Origin: Macrostomum lignano
Lineage: Eukaryota
Assembly: GCA_002269645.1 (NCBI GenBank)
Contig: NIVC01003707.1
Span: 1-64,000 of the forward strand
Reading direction: 5' to 3'
DNA length: 64,000 nucleotides
Part shown: positions 1 through 12,845 of the stretch, in pieces
How the letters are laid out: each line of letters opens with the position of its first letter
Position numbering within the stretch: position 1 is the first letter of the stretch
Made by a program: the position numbers and the translations under genes
The notes under the pieces: model-generated
Seen by the model: only the letters and a program-made list of their open reading frames with translations
Databases searched by the model: none
What the model was told of the DNA's origin: nothing

Positions 1-107
1 CTATATTTCATAATTACATTCGTAGCAGGTGCAAAAGATCATAGTTTGCATTACGTATGTCTAATGAGCGGTGACGATGTTGTTTTATTCAAACTGCTCA
101 CCCTTAG

Positions 108-3100
108 ACTGCCTGTCCTCACGCATTCGGTGCCTGCTTGGACTTCGCCAACTGCCGCCAACTGTGCCCTCGCTCTCATCGGCTTTTGCCAGCTGCCCAG
201 CTCGTTTCTGGATTCAAGGGCTTGTACAGGGTGCTCCGGACCCCGGTGTCTGTCGCACAGGTCACATTCTTGGCGCTGTGTCTGCCGCACGCATCAGAGT
301 GCTTTTTGTCAGCCCGGCACCAGGTATCGAGATGGAGCTGGATGGTCGCAAAATCAACGTCAGCGGAAGTTCAGAGCCGATCAGACCCGACAGTTGCTTC
401 CAGTTTCTCGTCCACGGCGCTCAGAATGTACTTATCAATCTCACGTACTCGCTGCTACTTCCAGACGGATCAGAATGCGTTATGAGAACCTTTGTGCTCC
501 TACCTCCGAGAGCTCTACCTCCAAATGTGACACTGATTAAATCCAGCCTCAGCGTCATGGACACTTCTGTGCTGAATGTGTCTCTCTCCACAGTGCTGGT
601 GTTGAGTCCAAACGGGTTCCCGAGCAGCAGTGTGTGCGATCTAAGACTCGACAATCTAATTGATCTGCACTCCGAGCGAAGTGTCTGCAACATGCGTTCA
701 GCGGTTGAGTCCTCGACTGTCGGTGGCGTGTTCTGCAAGTACATGGTGGAGCCAGTGTGGTAAATTTACTCCTGCTTTTGAATCTTACCCGCTTCTAAAC
801 GTTGTTAGCAATGTACAAAGAAGCGAAACATAAATCAGTCCTAATATTTTACTGAATAAAATAAAAAGTAGAATGATTAATGTATCATGTGAATAGTTGT
901 GGCTCCGGTAAAATATATGATGCATGCATATGTTTTTTGTTAACTTTCAGGCCTGACATCTACGGAAAACTGACGTTCCGAAGTGGAGTCACAGCAAGCG
1001 GTATCATCGAGTACATGAGAGGCTTTCTCGTTCCGAGTCCAAGCCAAGCCCACATACGATTCGAACCAAATCGCAATGCCGCTACCAAGACCTTCGTTCT
1101 GATGTGCCAGGCTTGGAGTGGACTGCCGCCTTACTTCAGCTACACCAGCTCTGGTTCTCTTGTTCCATCCGTCCTTCCTTCTACAGCCATGGGTGGGACA
1201 GTCATCTTCAAGATCAGCGTGCTGCACAACGAGCATCTTCCTGTTGTGAATAAAGATTTTTTACTTTTGGTGTTCTCAAAGACAGGGAGAACGAGTACGT
1301 GAGTCAGAAATTACAGCGAGAGCGAGGCTTCATGCTGCAACGGCACGGAGAAAACTACGGCACCCAGATTCGGGTCGGCGACATGGTATCAATGTTCTTT
1401 TGTGACGATAATACATCCGAGTTGGGCGCTCTCGTTCTGCAAGGCTTCGGCGACGATGCAAGTGGTGTTCTGGAGTACCAGCTGCCGAACTCAATGTCCT
1501 GGCAGACTTTGAATGTATCGCAGACAAGCCTGCGTTTAAGCAGTACCGTATGCTGTCGCATTTCAAGGACTCAGCAAAAACTGCGGATGCCTTCTCAAGC
1601 ATCCAGTGCGTGGGAAGCATTTCATCTATATCTTCCTCCACGCAGCAGCTCTCTGACTTCCTAGCAGATGACGTCAACAGTACGGGGCCTGTCACCGCGA
1701 TGTTCCTCCCAGCCAACGCTTCGATCCGATTTCGGCCTACGTCCCGGCGTCCTGGTCCCGCAGTCGCGCCATCCTTGCTTTTACAGCCGCAGAGAAGCTG
1801 GTCGATCAACAACAAGTCTACATCAACCCACTCGTTGTCAGTAGCGTGGTCAACAAAAGTGCAGCCAGGGTAGTGGTACGTCCAGTGACGGTTGGCTGTG
1901 ACAATCAGCCGTGGTCAGGTCTCCAGACTGATGTCTGTAAAATCTGTGGTGGAAATGGTCGCTCATGCATCGACTGCAACGGTGATGCGAATGGCACAGC
2001 GATCTGGAACGACTGCGGCAACTGCGTTGGTGGAAGAACTGGCAAAGCCATGCGATATGGCAAGGACTGCGCTGGTCGATGCAATGGATCCTTTGTCTCG
2101 CCAATCCCTGGTCTGTGCTACAATTCCAGTCGATATCCGACTGCTGATGAGTACATCCGCTCGGTGTGGTGCGATGGCAACGTGAACAGCACTGCGCGCA
2201 CCAATAAGTGCGGCTTCTGTACCGAGGGAAGCACCGGACGATCCACTAACTTCGGCGTGGGACCTTGCGGCTGCAGCAACGACACTTCTTGTATCACAGG
2301 CTGTGACGGTGTCGTTGAGCCATCGGTGTCGCTCCGAAAGACTCTGGACAAATGCGGTCGTTGTCTACAGCCCAGTGACCCACAAAGAGACATCTGCGAT
2401 CGGATTCACTTCACAATAAGCCGACATGCATGCGTGGGGTCGTACGCTGCTCAGCAGCAAGTGACGATCCTCAGCAGCAGCATCAACATCTCAATCAGCT
2501 CAATTGCTCTGCGCCTGATGAGGGTGACCGATCGGGTAAGGCATCAATTCCATTTTTCTAGGATAAACCAAAAGCTCTTTTACGCCGCCATCAAATCGCA
2601 CGAATTTACACAACGATGTAAAATGCGGCAAAAATTTGTACAAGCCGTGTAGTTCGTACATTTATCTAGATGATGACGAAAAAAGCGAAAAAAGGAAATA
2701 AACCTTTCCTTGCCTGAAGGTATAATTACACTGATAGTAGATGCAGGTGCATAAAGCAGTCTAGATAATAATTCCAGTAAGAATCAGAATCCTGAAGCTT
2801 TAATTGATAAGTTTGTAAGTAACGTTAATAAAATAAAAAAGACTTTCTCTGCTTTCGCATTGACAGTCCTTCTACATGGAGCTTCAAGCATTGTCCATCG
2901 ATATATCTTCTGGTCTGTTCCGCTTTTCCGCACCTTTGAGTCTCGTGGCGGGCCAGTACGCCCTGCAGGTGAAATACTTGACCGCTTCCGGTGCTACAGT
3001 CATCGAGGACGTTTCCGGTGGAAACTTGACTATTTTTGGACCTCCCAGCTTGTCCAGCTTGAGTGTCGGGAGTGGACTCACACTAGAAAATCCCGTTTAC

Positions 3101-6100
3101 TCTCTGCCAGTGAGAGGACAGGGATTCGTCAACACGCCCGATCTCGCCTGCCTTCTCTACTGCAACGATCTTAGCCGCCACACCCGATGCGACCCGCGCA
3201 CTGGCTTTCTCACTGTGCCGGCTATATTCGACAGCGCGACCAGAGTCACCTGCAACATCTCTGCGCTGGCCAAAGTCGGACAGCCGTTGCAATGGAAGCT
3301 CAGCGTCATGAACTGCAAGCCGCAGACACTCAGCAACGATGCATATGCGGTGTTCAAGTGAGTGACTTGTTTCTCGTTATTACAAATATAACTATTTGAG
3401 CTAAGTCCTTGAGTTGTCCTTGAGTGACACATTGATTACACTTCTTGCAATCACCGACCAGGCAAAACTCTCTGTCGCTCTCGATACGCTCGAGTAAGGG
3501 TCCAGTGCTGCTCTCAGCAACTTATGACGCCATTGGCTACCACCTGCGTCTCGAGTTTGACACAAACATCCAACTGCGACAGACAGCATGCTCAGCCATC
3601 TTTAATGCGTCGACTCTTGCGCTGATAGGTTCAGGCTCAGAGTGCTACGCGCGGGCAAACGTTCTCATCGTGCGGAAAGATCGCGGTACTGCAATCTGCT
3701 CTGGCTCACGAATCAGCATCAATTCGAATATCATTTATGTGGATGGCAGTGACGTCAGCCTGGCCACCAGTTCCAGTGTCAGCAACGCTGTTGTGAATAC
3801 AAACAGTCGGGAGCCGCCAGTCATCTTTCTGGCCGGAGTCCAGTCAGATGCCAACAATGTAGCCACCGTCGGATTCTGCGACGCGTTTACCCTGTATGCC
3901 ACCGTCAGAGGATCGATGGTACAGCGGATCACTTGGGACATCCGCTGTGCCACAGGCTCGACCTGTCAAACAACTGAGCTGGCCGCATTCCAGTCAAAAT
4001 TTTCTACAGAAGTCACTTTCTACGCCGGAAAGGATGTTAGTGCTCTCCAAGTGCTCAAGTCAGAGAATATAACTCCAAAATATTCATCAGCTCACATTCT
4101 CATTTCTTTGCTTTGTATCTTCAGATTCCACCTGGCGAGTCATACAACATCACGGCTTTTGCCCAGAACGAATGCGGAACGCAGTCAAATACTGCGAGCA
4201 TTGTAGTAAAACGACTCGACGAACGAACGCCATTCAGCATTAATATCTACGGACAGCAAAAGCATGTGATGCCCGATCAGCCGTACAGTGCTGTGCTTAT
4301 TGTCCGACCTTCATTTTGCTATATCAAGGCTATCGACAGTCTGAGTGTAAGTAACAGTACTCTGAGAACGCTTACCGGTATAGTAGAAATCGTGCATCAG
4401 AACACGATGATAGATGCAAAGACTATAACAAATCGTACGAGCGTAATTGTGATATTAGTAAAATGTCTTACTATCGAATAAAAAGTACGCCTGTTCTTTA
4501 CTGTTCAATAAAATAACTTGATTAGGCTCTTAACCTCCACACTTTACTTTTGCAGTACAAATGGAAGATCGTGGGTGGTACTAGAGCCGTCAATGTCGAA
4601 CAACATGGGATCACAGGTCAATTCTTCCGACTGAGATCTGGAGTCCTGCAAGGAGGCCAGACCTACAACCTCAGTGTCTGCGCTTCCATGCCGACTTGGC
4701 CCAGCGTGGCGTGCGGCTTTTTGCTTCTGGAGACCATCAGCCGCCCTCTGATTCCCATTTTCCTTCGCGGAGGCCGCTCTGATCTCGGCGTCAGCGAAGC
4801 ACTGCAGGAATCCGTGTACATCATCGATCCCGACTACTCGACCGAGACGACATTTTGCACCTTCTATCTGACCAAACGGGCCAACGGTGAGGCAATCTAC
4901 ATGCGCAACATACACACGGGGAACATGCTGTCCTCATTTAGCTTCTTCGGTTCGGATGGAACTCAGACATCATCGAACAGTATCCAAGTGCCTTGGCCGA
5001 ATCCCAGTGTATACGAGCTACCCTCAGGCTTCATGAACCTCACTGTGAGTTGTCAGCGGGGTCAGCGACGGTCCAGTAGTACAAAGCTTGTGCAGATTTT
5101 GCCTCGTCCGCCTCCATCAGTCCGGATCTTGACCGAACCGAGCAACAAACCAATCAATCCAAACGCTGTTGTCCATGTGACAGCTCTAGTGATTGCCAGT
5201 GAGATCACTCAGACCCAATGGTCAGTGGAAACTCAAGAGACTGGCTTTGGCTCGCTGTCGCTTGAGCAGTGCTCAGTAGGACCGCCGCTGGCCGATACAT
5301 GCGTACCCAATCGTCGCTGCTTCATCACTTTGGTTCTCCAGCCAGGACGGAGTTGCAGCTTTGTTGCCGGTGTCTCCTATCAACTGCTTTTGATTGCCAG
5401 CGCCAGTTCCGGGACCGCTCAGGCCCAGTTCGACTTCCGCGTCAATGCGCCGCCAAGTGGTGGAGCACTGTCTGTGACTCCCACCCAAGGAGCCGCTCTG
5501 GAGACCTCCTTCACGCTCACAATATGGCCGAATATTACTGACGATTCCGACGTGTTCTTCAGTTACAGCGCCATGTGCTGTCGCCAAGATTCATCAAGCC
5601 AGTGCGTCAGCGTAACTAGTGAACCAACGCCCGCTAGACTGCTCACCACCCATCTACCTGGAGGAAACTGGATCTGCAAAGCTTCAGCCATCGACTCTAA
5701 CGGAGCAGGCTCAGATTGGTTCTCATTTACTACTGCAATTCAGGTGCAAGCGAAACAGCTAACGCTTGCCAAGCTTGACGATTTACTAAACAACTTGAAC
5801 AATATTTCAAACAGCTGTGAGTGCGATCAAATTATTTTCGATTTTATTTTCATATTACTGCAGCAAAATTAGAATTAACACAGTATCGATATCATAACTT
5901 GCATTACAGTTGACGCTCCAGCTCTAGGAGGAATGATTCTGAGTGAGCCAGATACTGGTCTATCGCCCGAAGAAAAGAACAAGAAGAATGAGCTAGTGCA
6001 GGGACTAGCGATTCAGGATCTTCTGACTTTAGACACAAGGTATAACTCCTGCTGTCCTGTCAGCAGTGTGGAATAACTAATGGGTGGTATTTTATTCAAA

Positions 6101-7916
6101 CTTTATCGATTATTTCAGTGTGCCATCAGTATCGTGTCTGAGGACTGCAACAAGCTGTCAACTGTTTCGGAAAACGAGAGCAAACAAGCAGTACATAACA
6201 AACTTGGTACTGAGAACTCTTAAAAAGTGCCTTGATGCGTTTCATTCTCAGTTGTTTTCACCAGATTCACCAAATGGCGCAAGGAGAAGGCGCGACACAT
6301 CGGGATCTCAGGGTGGAACAACAAGTAAAATAACTGCCTCTGAAGTGAAGTCCGTCCTTGAAATTGCATCCGGAGTCTATCACTCCACGCTTGACTCGAC
6401 AGCAGCTGCCGATATCCAGGCTACAATTCTTAACACCGTGCCTGCCTTCTGCAACAACCAAAATCCGAACTCGCTAGCTCAGGAGGCAGCATCCACAATG
6501 GCTGTTGTACGCGTTTGCAAGACTTCTTTCAATTCGGTGGGTTCAGCCAATCTGGAGATGGGATGCGACTCAGGAAGCACCGACTGTCTATCCAATTTCA
6601 AAGTCCGTCAGCAGATTGCACTGGGAGCCGATCTTGAACAGCGCTACTATAACTGGTCATGTGGCCAGACTGACTGCTTCCAGGACGGTGCCTGCATCGG
6701 AACCATCCTGCTGGACAAGGATCTGCTCACTCCACAGGCCAAAGTGGCTTCTCCAACGATTTCCACGCGACGCAGTCCTTTGGCCTACGTAGGAATTTTT
6801 CACCCGAGCGACGGCGCGAACCAGAATGTTTCACGCCTCAGCAATGGTGTGGCTATCACCACCAACATCAGTGGCTCTGTGAATCTCAGTAGCATCAGCC
6901 TCATATGCCGCAGCTGGAGCGGAGCCGACTGGACCCCGGATAACTGCACGACTCGCGCGCCATTCCAGACCGACGATGGCATCTGGCACGTAACGTGTGT
7001 GTGCCATGACATATCCTCATTCATTGGCGTCTTTGAGGGACCACCAGGCTTCCAACCGGAGACAACTATCGCTCCGTCTACCACCAAAAGTGAGACTAGC
7101 CGACACTCGACACTGCAGTCGACACTCTCAGAGACGCAAACTTCAGCTGCAACGTTTTGGAACAGCATCACGACGACTACATTACCTCCTGTAACGGCTC
7201 CGACACTCTCAAAGACGGACACTGTAGCTGTGACACTCCAAATCAGGGTTACAGAGTCATTCTCCAGCGTCGTTACCAACGAAAGCAGCCTTCGAAGCCA
7301 CCTGACGGGTCAGCTTGCGCGTCAGCTAAGGCTCGTCGAGTCGCAACTAACTGACATGGAGTTTAAAAATGGTAGCGTTCTTATCAGTTTTACCGTCAAC
7401 AGTCAGTCTGGTGCCAACACTAGTGCTTCTTTCGCTGTGTATCTACTGGTGCAGCTCATGAACAACCGCCAGCTCGTGTTACTTAGCCTGAGCAACAGCA
7501 GCCTAACTGTGTCCTGGGAGTACCTGCGGCTTCTTGATGTGAAATCAGCTTTGCAGCCTACTATAAAGAATGGCAGCGACAACACTAGCATCGCTGTTGG
7601 TGCTTCAGTTGGTGCCTTTTGCCTAGTTGTGACTTTTATAGTAGTCATTCTGCTTATGCAAAGGAACAAGCGAAACTCTAAAGTCCCAGAAAAACATGAG
7701 AGCAGCTTCAGAAATGATTGGAGTACCGTCCGTGGCTCGAGAGCGATGGAGACAAGTTGGCCAGTGGGTGTCATTCCAGTAAAGTTCGCGCCACCCCGTT
7801 GGAAAACGGAAAGACGCTCTGAAACTTTCGGTGGGATACATGTTTGCTTATTTGCATTTTCATTCTTTGCATCAACGCGCACCCGTGTCCTTCCAACACC
7901 AGGAAATGCTCAGTGA
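108..7916 (+). CDS. Multi-exon, 5'-incomplete gene for a large single-pass membrane protein: Cys-rich CDG/CG-x-C repeats, Ig/TIG-like segment, PKD/REJ-like region, GPS-like motif, S/T stalk, SEA domain, TM. Exons approx. 108-759, 951-2535 (3 frameshifts), 2867-3357, 3462-4035, 4125-4346, 4556-5816, 5910-6039, 6119-(7777 or 7916)
   Basis: GT-AG junctions with matching phases at each intron from 760 to 6118. Repeats such as GCDNQPWSGLQTDVCKICGGNGRSCIDCNGDANGTAIWNDCGNCVGG. REJ-like VNAPPSGGALSVTPTQGAALETSFTL. GPS-like CRSWSGADWTPDNC...TCVCHDISSF. SEA-like FKNGSVLISF. TM IAVGASVGAFCLVVTFIVVILLM followed by QRNKRNSK. The 3' end of the last exon is uncertain. Confidence 0.8.
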
Positions 7917-9049
7917 GGCGGGTCCATCGCAAATTCGAGAGTTGAGAGCTGAGCCAGTGAGGGAGCGGAGCAACTTGAATTACTATTATCTTTAAGAAAC
8001 TATTATTGAACAGACTATGAGTTTACTGCTAGTGTAGCCTTCCTTGTGTAGCTCGGGTGTTTTAACAAGAGCTGTAAGACCGAAAATGTTCTGTTAGAGA
8101 CTCTGACTACTTTTGCACGTAGAACTATCATTTTTGTTACTCTGTCAAATTTACATCTGAATCGCTATATGTACTCACGCACTAGATTTTAGTATTTGTC
8201 CCGCTGGGCCATTCAAAATTTCTCTGTATTCAGTCAAATTAAAAAATATTGATATTAATGCTTTAAGTCGGTCCAGTGCAGCTGCATCACGGATTCAGTC
8301 ACAAGGTGTGATCAAGTTCACCAGACTATTAATTCCATCTTTTTGATTACCGGCGCCCGGCCCAGGTGGATGCACTTGATAAAGCGCTCGAATCCTTCTT
8401 ACCCTCACGCCCTGATAAGAGGGCATTGAGATCCAAGCCTTTTAGTCAGCTATATGCGGAGAATTTTTGGGATGGCTCGCAGTTTTTTTAGACCTAACGC
8501 TTTAAATGAAAGCAAAATTTACTAACAAATGCTTTCTATTTATTTAGTAGTCTAACTCTAACCCATGTTTTTTTTCCAAGTTCGTGTTGACGCCCCAAAT
8601 CACAGAGTGATTTTAGACTAACCCTTTTTGTTTCAACTTTATATATTTGTGTTCAAAAAACTGGTTCCTTTCTTAAGAACACTTTTTCTTAGATATGAAC
8701 TTCTCTGGTGACTATTAAATTCAACTCAATAAGAGAATTCAACTTTTGTACGCAAAATGGCTTGCCCGATATTCAAGATTCTAGTTTTATATATTCGCTG
8801 ATCGCTTGCTTGCTTGTTATAGAGTCGTTGTGAGGCTGAAATTTACTCCAGGTGATTAAACGATTCTTCAGCTTCTAATATACAATTTTCTCTAATAATC
8901 AGTTCTGGTTAGAATAAAATTATTATGTTCGAGAATTTTAACAGATCTAAGAGGGCTTACAATGCAAAATGCTACTTAGCCAGTAGTAACCAAGCCTCCT
9001 TGATAGCTGCACTCCATTAACGTTGTACGCTAATAGGCCTTGGTTGCGT

Positions 9050-10350
9050 CATGCACTCTTCACCAGCAGGTAGTCGTCAAGCCCATACTTGGGCTTTTTT
9101 AGACTTGTATCGAACTCCAGCATGTCTTTGTAGCCAGCGGACTGTACATCGCCGCCTCCATGAACTGTCAGATAGTCGCTTTTAATAAGCAGACTCGAAA
9201 CTATGACTAAGTGACCACTGTAACCCGATGGCACTTCGCTTAGCAGGGATCTGAAGTGATTTTGACTGTCAGTCGATTATAATAGCTGTGATAACAATGT
9301 TACTAATTGCTATTAGGGTTCCATGCAGCCTGACGCACATTGTCCCAGAATCAGCGCTGAGGCAATTCTGCCCATTCCACTGACTCCTGAGCACATACAG
9401 GCGCTCTGCACACCCTCACACAGGGTGTAAAGCAGCCCTGCATTTTGAGTCCCCAGGCATGTACCCAGGTTGGCCCTCATGGATATTGATCGGTGAAACT
9501 TTTGCGCTCAAGCCATAAATGACTGTCGCCACGCCACGCACTGGAATCGGAATAGAGGCGGCATCGCTGGAGACCACGGCTTGGCGCTGCTTCCTCCCTA
9601 CTCAACCCATTTGCTCAACAATCGTGCAACTCTGCTGTGCAGCTGGACCACCAGCTTGCTGCATATGCAATTCCGATGTCTCCCACCTTAGTCAATTACA
9701 ACTGGACAGTGAACTGCAATAGAAATTGCAATAATGCCAGCTGGACAAGCGACTTTGCAACGGACATGAATGGATTGCAACTCTGTCCATAGCACAACTG
9801 CTCAAATTTTAAAGCATATTTGTTGAAAACGCCTCAATAACTAGCATCGGCAATCCGATGGAGATGGTCGTGACCGCCAGCTGTCAGCCCGAGCACACAG
9901 TTCGTAGATAGGTGGTGGCGAACAAGACCGGATTTCTGAGAATGCCACTGCAATCTGCGAGCCAGTCACATGCGACAATCTGCCTTACAATTTATTAGTT
10001 GCCGAGTTGATGAACCTGACTGTACATTTCCAAACATCAGCCAAAATGGTGAAATATTGCCGGTGAATTAGAACGCCATCGACTTTTCACTCTACTCTAA
10101 GGTGTATTGCCTATGTCAATATCAAGTCTAACAAGTGTAGTCGGTTCAGGAAACGCAACATTCAATTCGCCCATCACAAACACAGGCATTGTCGATTGAC
10201 CACGCGTGCAAGATTTCATTCCTGCACACTTATGCGTGCAGGATTGTAAGATAAGAACTGAGGACCAATGGATAAAGGAGACAGTATACTATCGTGGAAT
10301 TTAATGAACTTCTTCAGGCCGTCTCGCTTACTGTACATTTCACAGCCATC
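9050..10350 (-). pseudogene. Possible degenerate Cys-rich/EGF-like plus TM coding relic
   Basis: Manual minus-strand translation gives fragments in shifting frames: GCFTPCVRVCRAP, CMCSG, QWNGQNCLSADSGTMC, then hydrophobic TLIAISNIVITAIII. No continuous ORF. Confidence 0.25.
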
Positions 10351-11964
10351 AATTATCGATCGTTCCCTAGACCCACCTAGACCCACCTCCCTCAAGCCCT
10401 CGCTGCGTCTGCCATAAAATATTTTCTACCCTTAAGCCGCGCCTCTCTGTCTGACACCCCCTTCCGTGCACAGCCAGCCCTAAAAATTAAGTTATTTTGT
10501 CTACCTAGACCTTATCCGATCGAGATTCATACTAGAGAGAGAGGGGGCCCTCTTACATAGTCAATTATTTTGATAAGCGCAGCATTTTGATAAAAATTCT
10601 TAATGCTTCGCCCCCTTGACCCCTCTCTGTGCACTCACTCAAATTTATGATGCAACTTAATAGTCAATCGACAATGGGATTCATGAGTGTAGTGACTGAC
10701 GCGAAACCGAGATAATTTGCTGAGTAAGACTTCGGCCCCGCCCCGACTTGGGCATTGGTTACGATATATATATATTTAAGAGCCAACCTAAGGGTTCGAT
10801 ACGAGAGAAATGTACGAGCTACATTCAATTACACGTACCCAACCTTGCACGTACATTAGCTCAATGTGCATTTGGAATAAAATAGCCCGCGCAGAGAATG
10901 AGGGTGGCCGTGTATAACAATGAGAAGTCGTACAAGTCAGTTGGAACTGTCAAGTGCAAAGAGGGCAGCTGGGACTTAGAATTACATTAGCTTACATTGA
11001 TAAAAAATTAAGCAGTCACAGAGCATCATTACTTCTGGCTTCTTAACCTGCTCTTCCCTCCCTTCAGTGCAAACAGTTTCAGCAGTGACATAGTCAAGGG
11101 GTCGGCTGACCATTAAAGTAACAATGAGAGCCATTAAAAAGCCATCCATCCAGAAAGTGCAGTCTTGTCACCGAAACATTTTTATACTACCATAGACTAC
11201 TTAGATCGAGTAGTATCGTACGAATATTGTACTGTACATAGCACTTATTCCAGAAAATAAAAAGTTTAATTGCTAAGCAATCTTTAGACCGTTCCACTCC
11301 ACAGATGGCATGGCTTGTCATGGGAATTGAACAGCGGGATCCCCTGTTTTGATCTCAAATCTCAACACGCGGCTTACGAGTTGAATCGAGAAAAAAAGCG
11401 CCAAAGAAATCGTGAGCTGGCACATTTTCAAGCTCATTTTCTTCAATTGGATATCCAATTCTCTGGCTGAAACTGATATTTGAGATCTCGCGCTCATTTT
11501 AAAAGCGTCTTCATCTGCGCTGAAAATCGCACACAGCTTGCGCTGGGAAAGCAGACAACTGCCGCATTCCTTTATCTCGTGGGATTTTCTCTTCACTTCA
11601 CTTTGATTTCTCACCCGACATCAAGGAAGGAGGCTGGGACTTCACGCGCAGAAGTTTTGCTTTGGCAACGAAATTGGGGAATGAGAACCGCTGGGAGGGG
11701 TGTGTCTGGCCATATAAAGACTCTCACCCCGAGAGCGCAGCGAGATTCACGCTGAACTGCTAACGTAGACAGAAAACTGAACGACAAACTCCCGTCAAGT
11801 TTATAAGTCACTTTTGCGATAAACCTATTAAAATAATCTGAAGAAGAACAATGTAAGTGTCTTAGCGATAGCAACTTCAGTCACAGTAACATTTTAGTCA
11901 CCGATCCAATTTACCTCAACAACTTTCAAGCAACCACACCCAACTTCCCCCACTCTAAACTTCT

Positions 11965-12182
11965 CCACACCAGATTTACCACACCTGATTTACCACACCA
12001 GATTTACCACACCAGATTTACCACACCTGATTTACCACACCAGATTTACCACACCAGATTTACCACACCAGATTTACCACACCAGATTTACCACACCAGA
12101 TTTACCACACCAGATTTACCACACCAGATTTACCACACCAGATTTACCACACCAGATTTACCACACCAGATTTACCACACCC
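11965..12182 (+). repeat. 14-bp tandem array (CCACACCAGATTTA)n, about 15 copies
   Basis: Direct reading; near-perfect units. Confidence 0.95.
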
Positions 12183-12238
12183 AGTTCCCTACACGAAGTC
12201 TTCCCCACTCAATTCGGGATTTCCCGAACCCGCCGCAG

Positions 12239-12562
12239 GTCAGTCTCGCTTTTGCCGCTCTTCCTGACGGTCGCGGTGGTCGCCGCCTGCCTGACGACGC
12301 CGACGACCGCCGAGTCCGCCACCGGCTGGCCGACCGCCGATTTTGTCGAGCGTCGCAACGACGACACGTCATCGCCGTCGTCCTCAGCGCCGTCTTCGTC
12401 CGAGGTCGACAACGCCGTCCGCGCTGAGGTCGCCTGGTGCCGGCGCCTGGTTGTCGCCGAGCGCGTCGGCGGTCTGAAGGCGGCGTGGGAACTCCTCACC
12501 GGGACTGGCGCCGTCTCCTCTGGCCGGCCCTTGGCTAAACGGCGCGGAAAGTACATCTGGAG
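12239..12562. other. GC-rich exon-like island between inverted arrays
   Basis: On the + strand, ccgcag|G at 12238/9 and AG|gtaaat at 12562/3 give 324 nt with an open frame reading SVSLLPLFLTVAVVAACLTTPTTAES (signal-peptide-like). A minus-strand frame is also open. Strand unresolved. Confidence 0.4.
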
Positions 12563-12845
12563 GTAAATCTGGTGTGGGTGTGGTAAATTGGGTGTGTTAT
12601 CTTGGGTGTGGTACATCTGGTGTGGTAAATATGGTGTGGTAAATTGGGTGTGTTATCTTGGGTCTAGTAAATCTGGTGTGGTTAATCTGGTGTGGAAAAT
12701 CTGGTGTGGTAAATCTGGTGTGGTAAATTTGGTGTTGCATACTGTTTGTGGTAAATTGGGTATGGTAAACATTTTATACTGTAAATTTTGCTATACTCGT
12801 AAGTATGGGGCAGAAATCTGGTGTTTCGAATGAAGTGTGGTAATT
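12556..12845 (-). repeat. Degenerate array of (TAAATCTGGTGTGG)n, the reverse complement of the 11965-12182 array
   Basis: Units such as ggtaaatctggtgtgg and gtacatctggtgtgg. Confidence 0.9.

Noticed and set aside
12530-12566. Neuropeptide-like ending KRRGKYIWR
   Set aside because: The KYIWR codons (GTACATCTGGAG) match the flanking repeat unit GTACATCTGGTG, and no downstream exon giving an amidation Gly was found.
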